From an uncultured virus (IMG/VR IMGVR_UViG_2671180842_000001) (taxonomy: Duplodnaviria; Heunggongvirae; Uroviricota; Caudoviricetes): a stretch of DNA of 64,000 nucleotides. Numbering within the stretch: the first letter of the stretch is position 1; each line of letters begins with the position of its first letter. The stretch lies in IMG/VR virus record IMGVR_UViG_2671180842_000001. One strand, 5' to 3'. The notes under the pieces were generated by a model. The model had not been told where the DNA came from. It did not search any database and worked only from the letters and a program-made list of their open reading frames with translations. A program made the position numbers and the translations under genes. Below are positions 8,626-17,299 of the stretch, piece after piece.

Positions 8626-9699
8626 TTGCTTACATTTTTAGATTTATTCGCAGGGATAGGTGGCTTTAGGCTAGGGATGGAAAAAGCAGGACATAAATGT
8701 TTGGGACATTGCGAATATGATAAATTCGCAAATTTAAGTTATAATGCCATGCACAAACCGAAGGAGGATGAATGGTTTGAAAGAGATATTAGAGAAATTA
8801 GAACAGAAAATATCCCAAGAGCAGATGTCTGGTGTTTTGGATTCCCATGTCAAGACATTTCTGTTGCAGGGAAACAATTTGGATTCAGAGGAGAACGTTC
8901 AAGTTTATTTTTTACAGTTACAAAACTTATTAGAGAACTCAAAGAAGAAGATAGACCCAAGTATTTACTTATTGAAAACGTTAAAAATCTACTTAGTGTT
9001 AATGGAGGATTTGATTTCCTCAAAGTTCTCGTTGAACTGGATGAAATCGGCTATGATGCAGAGTGGCAAGTTCTTAATTCTAAAAACTTCGGAGTACCCC
9101 AAAATAGAGAACGAATATTCATTGTTGGACATTTTAGAGGACGAAGTACACGAAAAGTATTTCCTATCGAAAGAAAAAGTAGAAAAAATCTTGAGCAACT
9201 AAATAATCCAACTCATAGTACAAATAGAATTTATGATGCAGTTGGAATTGCTAGATGTATTAGAAGTCAGGCAGGAGGTGGAGGTGCTAAAACAGGTCTA
9301 TACTTTATAGACTTAAATAAAAACTCTAAAGTAACAATAAATGCTAGATGCCTTAAAGCAAAATATAATGCAGGTGTGACAAATAGAAATTGTGATAATA
9401 GTGGAGTTTTAGTTAATGCAGTTTTAACGCCCGATAGGGTAAATAAAAGACAAAATGGTCGTAGAATTAAAGAAAGCGGAGAAACAATGTTCACACTAAC
9501 AGCTCAAGATAAACATGGAATTTTGAAAAATGGAGATATAAGAAGGTTAACACCAAAGGAATGCTTTAGGTTGCAAGGATTTCCGGATAAATATTACGAA
9601 AGAGCAGCAAGTGTATGCTCAGATAGTCAACTGTACAAGCAAGCAGGAAATGCTGTTACTGCAAATGTTGTATATGAAATAGCAAAAAGAATGGGCTAA
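8626..9699 (+). CDS. dcm: DNA (cytosine-5)-methyltransferase
   Basis: DLFAGIGG (motif I), GFPCQ (IV), ENV (VI), QNRER (VIII), RRLTPKECFRLQGF (IX), YKQAGNAV (X). Confidence 0.95.
   Translation: MLTFLDLFAGIGGFRLGMEKAGHKCLGHCEYDKFANLSYNAMHKPKEDEWFERDIREIRTENIPRADVWCFGFPCQDISVAGKQFGFRGERSSLFFTVTKLIRELKEEDRPKYLLIENVKNLLSVNGGFDFLKVLVELDEIGYDAEWQVLNSKNFGVPQNRERIFIVGHFRGRSTRKVFPIERKSRKNLEQLNNPTHSTNRIYDAVGIARCIRSQAGGGGAKTGLYFIDLNKNSKVTINARCLKAKYNAGVTNRNCDNSGVLVNAVLTPDRVNKRQNGRRIKESGETMFTLTAQDKHGILKNGDIRRLTPKECFRLQGFPDKYYERAASVCSDSQLYKQAGNAVTANVVYEIAKRMG
8744..9202 (+). CDS. Putative overlapping (+1 frame) methyltransferase beta-like polypeptide
   Basis: 152 open codons ending SLLDILEDEVHEKYFLSKEKVEKIL, a motif typical of C5 MTases and their beta chains. 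Start codon uncertain. Confidence 0.45.
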   Translation: MPCTNRRRMNGLKEILEKLEQKISQEQMSGVLDSHVKTFLLQGNNLDSEENVQVYFLQLQNLLENSKKKIDPSIYLLKTLKIYLVLMEDLISSKFSLNWMKSAMMQSGKFLILKTSEYPKIENEYSLLDILEDEVHEKYFLSKEKVEKILSN

Positions 9700-9700
9700 A

Positions 9701-9766
9701 AGTTGCAAAATGTCTTTTAGTATGAATATTTTTGAAGTGTTTTGTAACTCTCAAAAATGAAAATAA
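9701..9766. repeat. 66-bp hairpin-forming direct repeat, copy 2
   Basis: Matches 8548-8613. Confidence 0.8.
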
Positions 9767-9781
9767 TAAGGGGTGGGATAA

Positions 9782-9991
9782 ATGTATGAATATATATTAA
9801 GATGGCAAATAGGATTATCGTTAGAAAATAGAAAAATACATTATACATATGGAAGTAAAGAAGCTTTAAGAAAGAAAGCAAAGGCATTGGCTAAAGATGA
9901 AAATATAGTACTAATAACTATAGATAAGGTAGATGAAGTTATAAAAAATACTATAAGCGAGAAGATTATAGAACGTTTTGAAAATTTATAA
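9782..9991 (+). CDS. Hypothetical phage protein
   Basis: ORF with RBS. Confidence 0.55.
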   Translation: MYEYILRWQIGLSLENRKIHYTYGSKEALRKKAKALAKDENIVLITIDKVDEVIKNTISEKIIERFENL

Positions 9992-10002
9992 GGGGTGGAA
10001 TT

Positions 10003-11007
10003 ATGATAATACACAAATTTATAATACATGTTTTAGATAAGAATAGTGATACACCAATATTGAATGATTTTGAAGGTAGGGTTAATCAAGATATGGTCCT
10101 ATTTTTTCAAAAGAAAATAAGCAAAGTATCAAGAGATAATGACATCAGAACAGCAGTATTTAATAACTATAGTAACAATCTAATTAAGAAGTGTTGTGAA
10201 CAAATTATTTATGATGAAAGTTCATTTTTAAATAACTCTAAAGAGATTGCAGCTTATTTATTTGATGTTATGAAATTGAATGCTACATTAGAATCTTGCG
10301 ACTTAGCAATTTGTTTATACTCTCAAAAAGATGAAAAGAAAGTTGCTATATTAAAGCTTGATTACAATAATTCGTATACTCATTCAATTGAGTTTAAAGA
10401 TGATAAATTTAATATACAGATGTCTAAAAATGAAATTAATATACAAGAGACTAAGACGGTTAAAATTGCTGCTTTGGTTGGATTGAGTGGAATGAATGAC
10501 AAATATCATCTTAGGGTTTTAGACAAGGATGCAGAGAAGGAAGAAGCTAATTCTAAGTTTGTTACAGAGTTCTTAAATGCCACTAAGATAAAAGATGATA
10601 AGTATAAGACTAAGAAGTTCAAAAATACAGCTGAGAATTGGATAACTAATGCTCTTAGTAATGATATAAAACAAGCAGAGGATGTAAGAAGTATATTAAA
10701 TTATACTTTGAGAGAAAAGCATGAAATTGATATAAATGATTTTGTTGATAAAACAATTAAAGATGATAAGTTAAAAGATAGTTTTAAAGAACATATGGAA
10801 GAAAAGGGTCTTGATGAAAGTTTTAGCATAGATAAAAAATGGGTTGAAAAAAAGCTTAAAAAGAGAAATATAAAAACTGACAATGGTTTTGAAATAAAAG
10901 GTAACTTAACTGATTTTGAGGACCCAATGAAATATACAGTAAGACAAAATCAAAATGGGTCTATAGATATAATTATTAAGAATGTTAATTTCTATAATGA
11001 AAAATAA
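10003..11007 (+). CDS. Nucleoid-associated protein (YejK/NdpA, 37-kDa family)
   Basis: MIIHKFIIHVLDK start, ILKLDY motif, typical length. Confidence 0.75.
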   Translation: MIIHKFIIHVLDKNSDTPILNDFEGRVNQDMVLFFQKKISKVSRDNDIRTAVFNNYSNNLIKKCCEQIIYDESSFLNNSKEIAAYLFDVMKLNATLESCDLAICLYSQKDEKKVAILKLDYNNSYTHSIEFKDDKFNIQMSKNEINIQETKTVKIAALVGLSGMNDKYHLRVLDKDAEKEEANSKFVTEFLNATKIKDDKYKTKKFKNTAENWITNALSNDIKQAEDVRSILNYTLREKHEIDINDFVDKTIKDDKLKDSFKEHMEEKGLDESFSIDKKWVEKKLKKRNIKTDNGFEIKGNLTDFEDPMKYTVRQNQNGSIDIIIKNVNFYNEK

Positions 11008-11308
11008 GGGGGCTACAATGGAAAATAAAGATAATTTTGTATTAAATAAGCTTGGACCAGCAAGTAAAGTAATGAAAAAAGTTGAAATAGATGAAAAAGA
11101 AATTAAGAGTTATCTAAAAGAACTAAAAGAATGTGAAGAAGTAAAAGTTTTTATTATTAGAAAAGATGGAATTGAAATTCCAATAGTTTTCAAAGATGGA
11201 AATATGAACGAATGGTTAAGAAAAGAAATTGAGATAAGTTTTGATAGATTTAAGGATGAAATTGCTCAAGTTAAAAAAGCATTGATTAAAGTTACAGGAG
11301 AGAATTAA
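10982..11308 (+). CDS. Hypothetical protein (likely start 11018)
   Basis: Resembles 54666-54908 of phage B (EEVKVFIIRKDG...FKDG vs EEVKILIIKKNG...FKHDG). Confidence 0.55.
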   Translation: MLISIMKNKGATMENKDNFVLNKLGPASKVMKKVEIDEKEIKSYLKELKECEEVKVFIIRKDGIEIPIVFKDGNMNEWLRKEIEISFDRFKDEIAQVKKALIKVTGEN

Positions 11309-11491
11309 GAAGTTAGAAGGTGCTCATATGACTAATAAAGAAATGTGCAAGTCAAATAATCTTGATGAAAGAGAAGTATATAAAAGTTTTGGAAAAGAGA
11401 TTTGTGGCAGTTGTAAAAGTAATAAAGGAGATTGTGAAAGTAAAAATTGTAGTGAAGCATGTAAAAATTGGCTAGAGAAGGTGTGTAAATC

Positions 11492-11845
11492 TTGACTGAA
11501 CTAGGAGAGCTTATTAGAGAAATAAGGGAAGAAGAAGGCGAATACATATCTGATATGGCTAAAAGATTAAATATTAGTTGTGAGGATATATATGCAATTA
11601 ACAGAGGTAAAAGAGAATTAAATAAAAATGAAATTAACAATGTTGTAAAAAAATATGAGCTAGAGGGAGAACATCTATATTTGCTTAAAAATATTACACA
11701 TAAAGATAAGTTATTTGATATAGCATGCAATGAATGCGGAAGTAAAAATGTAGCTATAGGAATGTTTGATGTAGCAAATGACATCATAGAATTTAGATGC
11801 AGAAACTGCAATATGATAGATGTAGTAAGTGTAGATTTCTATTGA
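11492..11845 (+). CDS. XRE HTH plus C-terminal zinc-ribbon protein
   Basis: LGELIREIRE...DMAKRLNIS; CNEC and CRNC. Confidence 0.65.
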   Translation: MTELGELIREIREEEGEYISDMAKRLNISCEDIYAINRGKRELNKNEINNVVKKYELEGEHLYLLKNITHKDKLFDIACNECGSKNVAIGMFDVANDIIEFRCRNCNMIDVVSVDFY

Positions 11846-11938
11846 GAAGATTTAAATAATTTAAATAGTCAAAGTGAAGTTTATAAATGAAACTAGAATG
11901 TTATAGACTTACTTTGGCTTATAAAAGGAGTGCGTTAA

Positions 11939-12277
11939 ATGGCTAATATATATTGTGAAAATTATAATTGTAAAAACTACTTTGAAGATATGTGTATGCT
12001 TGAAAGAATTGAAATTAATAACCTGAAAGTGTGTGAAAGTTACATTGAAGGTAAAAATGAGCTATATAAATTAGAAAACGGATATACTATACATCCTAAA
12101 GATTTGAAAATGGTGAAAAGTAAAGATTATTCTGTTGAAGTTACTCATATTCCAACTGGTATTACAGTAAAATGCCGTTCTACAAATAGTATTTTAAAAA
12201 ATAAAAATAAGTGTTTGGAAGTTCTAGAAGAAGAATTAATAAAAAACTCTCACTTAGAGCTAGAAGATTTACGCTAA
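11939..12277 (+). CDS. Cys-rich domain fused to a peptide-release-factor-like domain lacking GGQ
   Basis: SVEVTHIPTGITVKCRSTNSILKNKNKCLEVL resembles the RF1/RF2 motif SAVRITHIPTGIVV.CQ.ERSQ.KNK..A. Confidence 0.6.
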   Translation: MANIYCENYNCKNYFEDMCMLERIEINNLKVCESYIEGKNELYKLENGYTIHPKDLKMVKSKDYSVEVTHIPTGITVKCRSTNSILKNKNKCLEVLEEELIKNSHLELEDLR

Positions 12278-12292
12278 ATAGGAAGTGATTTT

Positions 12293-12406
12293 ATGAAACG
12301 AAGAAGATGCAGTTGGTGTGGCAAGTTATTTTATTTTAAGGAAAAATCTAAGGAGATTTATTGTTGTAAGGAATGTAGAAAGAAGGCTAAGAAGGTGAAA
12401 AAATGA
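12293..12406 (+). CDS. Small zinc-finger protein (37 aa, not in ORF track)
   Basis: MKRRRCSWCGKLF...YCCKEC; ATGA overlap with rusA. Confidence 0.55.
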   Translation: MKRRRCSWCGKLFYFKEKSKEIYCCKECRKKAKKVKK

Positions 12407-12810
12407 AAGTTTTTCTTGTAATAGATGGGGAACCAGTTGGCAAAGAAAGACCTAGATTTAATTTGGCTACTAAAAGGACCTATACACCTAATAAGACTAG
12501 AGATTATGAGGGACTAATAAGATGGTTATATCAATCTAAAGTTAAGTATTATTTTACAGGTTATATAAAAATGACTTTAAGATGTTATTATTCTATAGCT
12601 AAAAGTAACAGTAAAAAGGTTAAAGAGCAGAAAAGAAATAATGTGTTAAGACCTAGTAAGAAACCCGATATTGACAATGTGGTAAAGATTATAGCTGATT
12701 CACTCAATGAGATAGCTTATAAGGATGATACACAGATTGTTGAGGTTGTAGCTAGTAAATATTATAGTGATAATCCCAGGGTTGAGGTTATATTAGAAGA
12801 TGTTATTTAA
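12403..12810 (+). CDS. rusA: RusA-family Holliday junction resolvase
   Basis: GEPVGKERPR; KKPDIDNVVKIIADSLNEIAYKDDTQIV. Confidence 0.92.
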   Translation: MKVFLVIDGEPVGKERPRFNLATKRTYTPNKTRDYEGLIRWLYQSKVKYYFTGYIKMTLRCYYSIAKSNSKKVKEQKRNNVLRPSKKPDIDNVVKIIADSLNEIAYKDDTQIVEVVASKYYSDNPRVEVILEDVI

Positions 12811-12824
12811 GGAGGACTATAAAT

Positions 12825-13550
12825 ATGAATGAGATTATGACAAATGAAAATTTAAGAGTTGTAGCAGATGATTTAGTTACAGTTTATGAAACTGATACAG
12901 GAGAGAAAATAGTTTTTGCAAGAGAACTACATAATAACTTAGAAGTTAAGAGACAGTTTATAGACTGGATTGAAGATAGAATTAAACAATATGGATTTAA
13001 GGAAAATGAGGATTATTCGGTTTTTCACAAAAATATGAAAAACTCAACTGGTGGGAGACCTTCAAAAGAATATGTATTGAAGCTTGATGTAGCAAAAGAA
13101 CTTGCTATGGTACAAAACAATAATAAAGGGAGAGAAATAAGAAGATATTTTATAAGATTAGAAAAGTTGCTCAATAGAACCTTATCAAATTCACAGCTTA
13201 GTCAAATTAATACTATTGTGAATGAATCATTACTTAAGATGGAAGTTAAACATAATATCCAAATAGAGCAACTTAAAAAAGAGTGTTCAGAATATTATAG
13301 ACCAACCTCTAAAACTAAATATGATATATCTTCTTATATAAAAGAAAGACTAGGTATATCAAAAGTTAATGAAGAATTTGAATTAGTTAAGAAAAGAACT
13401 CTATTGGTATTAGGTGCTGATAAATGGGAGGATATACCAAAAGATGTATTACTTAATTCATTAAACTTAATAGATGAATCAATAAGAATTATAAAATCTG
13501 AAAGAAAGACAAATCAGATTAGTTTCTTTGAAAAAGATAATTTCTGTTAA
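12825..13550 (+). CDS. AntA/AntB antirepressor family protein
   Basis: VFARELHNNLEVK...GGRPSKEYVLKLDVAKELAM...GREIRRYFI. Confidence 0.85.
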   Translation: MNEIMTNENLRVVADDLVTVYETDTGEKIVFARELHNNLEVKRQFIDWIEDRIKQYGFKENEDYSVFHKNMKNSTGGRPSKEYVLKLDVAKELAMVQNNNKGREIRRYFIRLEKLLNRTLSNSQLSQINTIVNESLLKMEVKHNIQIEQLKKECSEYYRPTSKTKYDISSYIKERLGISKVNEEFELVKKRTLLVLGADKWEDIPKDVLLNSLNLIDESIRIIKSERKTNQISFFEKDNFC

Positions 13551-13643
13551 TAAAAAGAAAAAAGGAGTGCTTTCACACTCCACTTGTCAAAAATATAAAG
13601 CTTTTATCCAAGATTATTATAACATAAACAGGAGTGTGGAAGT

Positions 13644-14133
13644 ATGGATAATAATATTAATAAAAAAGAACTATTTAAAAAAGTAGAAGGTAGACTACAT
13701 CATTATAAATTTTTAAGTGCAGAAATTAAAAATCTTGAATTAGATATAGAAAGTAGAGAAAATGAGATATTTGGGTGTAAGGCTGTTGGATATGATGAAA
13801 AAGTAAGTCCAACATATGCTTTTAATTCAAGTGTGGAGAATGAGATTATAAAAAAAGAAAGAGATATTACTAGATTGAAAAAACTGAAAAAAGATAAGGA
13901 AATTGAAAAGAAGAAAATAGAAAATGCACTTACATGTTTAGATATAAGAGAAGAACATTTTTTTTAAACTGTTTTATAATAGCAGAATGAAAAATAGCAT
14001 GGTTTATATATCCTTAGAGATGAACTCAGATAGAAAAACATGTAGATGTGTGAGGGAAAGATTAGTGTATAAAATTATGGATATGCTTTATCCAAGAATT
14101 AAGGAAAATGAACTACCATTATTTAAAAATTAG
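13644..14133 (+). CDS. ArpU/RinA-like late transcriptional activator (frameshift at T8, 13958-13965)
   Basis: Last early gene; after the poly-T the frame continues as a sigma4-like HTH tail to TAG 14133. Confidence 0.7.
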
Positions 14134-14134
14134 A

Positions 14135-14215
14135 AAATTCCCCAGTTTTTCCCCAGAAATTCCCACTTTATTCCCTACTTTCTCCCCTTTTTGATTAAAA
14201 AAGCATGAGATAATA
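14135..14215 (+). promoter_or_regulatory. Putative late promoter with TTCCC(C) repeats spaced about one helical turn apart
   Basis: Five ttccc-like units ~11-12 nt apart, then TGAGATAAT, directly after the activator gene. Confidence 0.5.
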
Positions 14216-14254
14216 GTATTGTGGAAATAAAGATTTCCCTCTCAAAACTAAATA

Positions 14255-14561
14255 ATTGCTAGGTTAGTTTAAAGGGCTAATCTAGCAATATGAACAGACT
14301 AGGCAGGGCGTGAGGACGCTGTTAGTTCAATTCTAACTATGTTCAAAACCTATTAATACACTATATGTAGCAGTTGAATTAAGACTAAAATCTCATACAG
14401 TTTTGTATCTTAATTCAGAGTCTAAAATCGAGTGGGGCTTGGTAACCTCACTCACCATGCAGGTGCAGGTGCTTAATCTAAGTTCGATTCTTAGAACTTG
14501 CGACATAATAATATGTATCTCCCTACTAAAAATGCTAAGTTTACTCCAAACTTAGCATTTT
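14255..14561 (+). ncRNA. Putative structured RNA with two tRNA T-arm-like elements
   Basis: GTTAG-TTCAATT-CTAAC (14321-14337), CTAAG-TTCGATT-CTTAG (14478-14494), several further hairpins, terminal hairpin 14529-14561. Confidence 0.45.
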
Positions 14562-14880
14562 ACTTTTTAAAAAGAAAAAAGAAATTTTTATTGTCATAAT
14601 ACTATTTGTTTAGGTATATTATAATGTGCATACTTAAAATTAAATACTTAGCAAGCATTTGAATTAATATACATAAGATATATGACATAATTTTTTATAG
14701 TGTAAGTTATTTAAATTAATTATAAATAACAGTAATTTTATTATATAAAATGTACATATTGTGAATAATAATAATAAAATCATGTACAAAATGCCAACTG
14801 ATAATTCCTCGAAATGTATTGCATATTTAACGTAACGTCAGTATAATTAAATTATAATAGTGAAGTGGAAGGTGGTACTT

Positions 14881-15054
14881 ATGGCTACAAAAAGTATTTT
14901 AAAAAATGTAGATGTAAGAAAAAAGGCATTTGGAAGAAATCTAGTATCAGCTCTAGAAAATGCTAAAAATAAACAAGAAAAAGAAGTTGTATTAAGTAAA
15001 AAATGTTCAGAAGTACCAAAAGATAAAATAAAGGATATATTCGGGAGATTTTAA
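14881..15054 (+). CDS. Putative antitoxin of a GNAT toxin-antitoxin pair
   Basis: 57 aa, TAATG-coupled to the GNAT gene; promoter TTGCAT-17-TATAAT at 14819-14847. Confidence 0.6.
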   Translation: MATKSILKNVDVRKKAFGRNLVSALENAKNKQEKEVVLSKKCSEVPKDKIKDIFGRF

Positions 15055-15665
15055 TGAGTGGCTATTTAATTGTAAACTTAAGTAATATGCTAGGAGAGCT
15101 GGAGGAAGAAGAAGTTAAAAAAATTCTCTCCAGTTTTTCTTGTCCCCTTAATAAAGATGTAGAAGAATTTTTAAAAAACAAAGCTATTGAATTTTCTAAA
15201 CAAGGTTTGGCTAGTACACATTTAGTGCTAACTTCTTATAAAGGCAAGCCTGTTATAGTTGGATATTTCACTCTAGCTAATAAGTATTTTACAATAAAAA
15301 GAAAAACATTATCAAACTCTTTAGCTAGGAAAATAGTGAAGTTTGGACAATACAATGAAGAACTAAGAAGATATATTATTGGAGCACCTTTGATAGGGCA
15401 AATAGGAAAGAATTATTCAAATAATTATAATAAATTAATCAAGGGTGATGAACTTCTAAAAATTGCATGTGACAAGATAAAAGCAGTACAGTTAGATATG
15501 GGTGGGAAAATAGTGTACCTTGAATGTGAAGATAAACCTAAATTAATTGAATTTTATAAGGATAATGGATTTGTAGACTTTGGAAAAAGAAGCCTTGATA
15601 AAGACGAAACAGATTCGTTAGATGGGGACTATTTAGTTCAAATGTTGAAATATCTAAAAAAATAA
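15054..15665 (+). CDS. GNAT acetyltransferase, AtaT/TacT-like putative toxin
   Basis: FSCPLNKDVEEFLK, IVGYFTL, LIGQIG, KGDELL, LIEFYKDNGF. Confidence 0.75.
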   Translation: MSGYLIVNLSNMLGELEEEEVKKILSSFSCPLNKDVEEFLKNKAIEFSKQGLASTHLVLTSYKGKPVIVGYFTLANKYFTIKRKTLSNSLARKIVKFGQYNEELRRYIIGAPLIGQIGKNYSNNYNKLIKGDELLKIACDKIKAVQLDMGGKIVYLECEDKPKLIEFYKDNGFVDFGKRSLDKDETDSLDGDYLVQMLKYLKK

Positions 15666-15909
15666 AAGTACATAAAATCTAAAATGACTATCTTGATAGA
15701 TGGTCTTTTTTTATACAATAAATTAAAAGGAGAATGAAATTATGGAGATTAAGAAAAACACACAAGATGTAGTATCAGAAAGAAAAAATTCCCTAGATTC
15801 TGAATTCAAGATACCTGCAAGTGGTGTGTGTTATATGGCTGAGTTTATAAAGGAATCTAGGGAAATCATAAAAGAATTAGATAAACATTTTGAAAGTTGT
15901 CTAGATGTT

Positions 15910-16227
15910 TTATCTAAGGCAAGACTCTAAATATTTTGAATATGCTGAATCAAGCATGGTTTGCCAATCTGGGAAATCAGTATTTTTAACTATAAATAAA
16001 TCAAATTCATTATCAGGAATAGCTAAAAAGTCTTCTTCTGAATTGACTATGTAATTACCAAATGCAAGTAGTTCATCAAAAGAATCAAAATTAGTGTGTT
16101 GGTTCATAAATTTCTTGTTGAGAATTATTGTGCGAATTTTATCAAATTCAGATTTTGAATTTTGTTCTATTTTCTCAATTTTCTTTTGAAATCGTTTTAA
16201 ATTTTTGATGTCAACATTTTTACTCAT
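15910..16227 (-). CDS. Hypothetical protein
   Basis: Strong AGGAGGTG RBS on the minus strand. Confidence 0.65.
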   Translation of the reverse strand: MSKNVDIKNLKRFQKKIEKIEQNSKSEFDKIRTIILNKKFMNQHTNFDSFDELLAFGNYIVNSEEDFLAIPDNEFDLFIVKNTDFPDWQTMLDSAYSKYLESCLR

Positions 16228-16281
16228 AATAACACCTCCTTTCAGTAAAATTTTAGCATAATAACACAGCTTATTCTTCGA

Positions 16282-17277
16282 TTGTCGAACGATTGCTGGA
16301 GGATATTATGTTTTAGTGTAGAAATTTATATTTTGAAAGGAGAGGGAGCATTTATGAATATAAGGGAAATAATGAATATTTTAAAACTGGAAAGGTCTGA
16401 AGTTAGATTATATTTCACTATGAAGAGGGGGATAAATTACATAAGTTATTCTCCAACAATTGAAGATGGATTACAAGATTACTTGAAAAACTTAGTGTGC
16501 GAATATTTATTGAGATTTGAGGATATTGAGCAGGTTATGTTTAGTCCAATTGGATATAAAGATGAAACTATTGAAACTTGTGACATAGAATATATAGGAT
16601 GTTATGAAAAAGTTATAGAAAGTTATAGAGAAGAAAATTTATCTAGAGATAATATTGAAAATAACATAATAAATAAATTGAATTTTTACTGTTTGAATAT
16701 AAAATTTGAAGAAAATAATCAAGAAAAAGAAATAAATTTTTTTAGAAGAGTAACGAAATTTAAAAAATTATCAAGTAAAGGTTTTATGGGTTTTATAAAA
16801 AATAATAGGTTTAAAAAATTAGATTCTAATTTATTAGGATTAGATGGTTTTATAGATATAGCTATATATGGTCAGGATGTTTTAATTTTTAATCATATTT
16901 CATTAGAGAGGATTTTCTCTATAGCAGATCAATATTTAGAAAAGGCTCAAAATACTATAGATATAATAAGAGACATTAACAGGATAGATAACTTTGAACA
17001 ATTTGAAGAAGATTGTTTAAATGATAGAAGAATTACAAGAACTTTGACTAAAATGTTAAGTGAAGAGGCACGACTAGAAAATTGCTTTGATAATTTTGCT
17101 AATGTCGTTAATGCAATTGACTTATTCCAATTAGATATAAATATAGATAGAAATGGAGAAAGAGATAAAGTGATTTATGAAAATAAAGAACAATTAATGG
17201 ACATAATAAGATTAGTAAGAGATTCTTATTATAAGAGTATAATCCATGATAGAAAAGGAATTGATGATAGTATATAA
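16282..17277 (+). CDS. kwaB: Kiwa KwaB-like (DUF4868) anti-phage protein (likely start ATG 16354)
   Basis: FFRRVTKFKKL...FIDIAIYGQDVLIFNHISLERIF pattern; adjacent to a KwaA-like gene. Confidence 0.7.
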   Translation: MSNDCWRILCFSVEIYILKGEGAFMNIREIMNILKLERSEVRLYFTMKRGINYISYSPTIEDGLQDYLKNLVCEYLLRFEDIEQVMFSPIGYKDETIETCDIEYIGCYEKVIESYREENLSRDNIENNIINKLNFYCLNIKFEENNQEKEINFFRRVTKFKKLSSKGFMGFIKNNRFKKLDSNLLGLDGFIDIAIYGQDVLIFNHISLERIFSIADQYLEKAQNTIDIIRDINRIDNFEQFEEDCLNDRRITRTLTKMLSEEARLENCFDNFANVVNAIDLFQLDINIDRNGERDKVIYENKEQLMDIIRLVRDSYYKSIIHDRKGIDDSI

Positions 17278-17299
17278 TTAAATAAAAGGAGGTGGTTGC

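Noticed and set aside
14291..14501. Canonical tRNA genes
   Set aside because: Only T-arm and acceptor-like stems; too short, with no D or anticodon arms.
15742..15930. 62-aa plus-strand ORF with an RBS
   Set aside because: Plausible, but it has no motif and overlaps the convergent gene; left uncalled.
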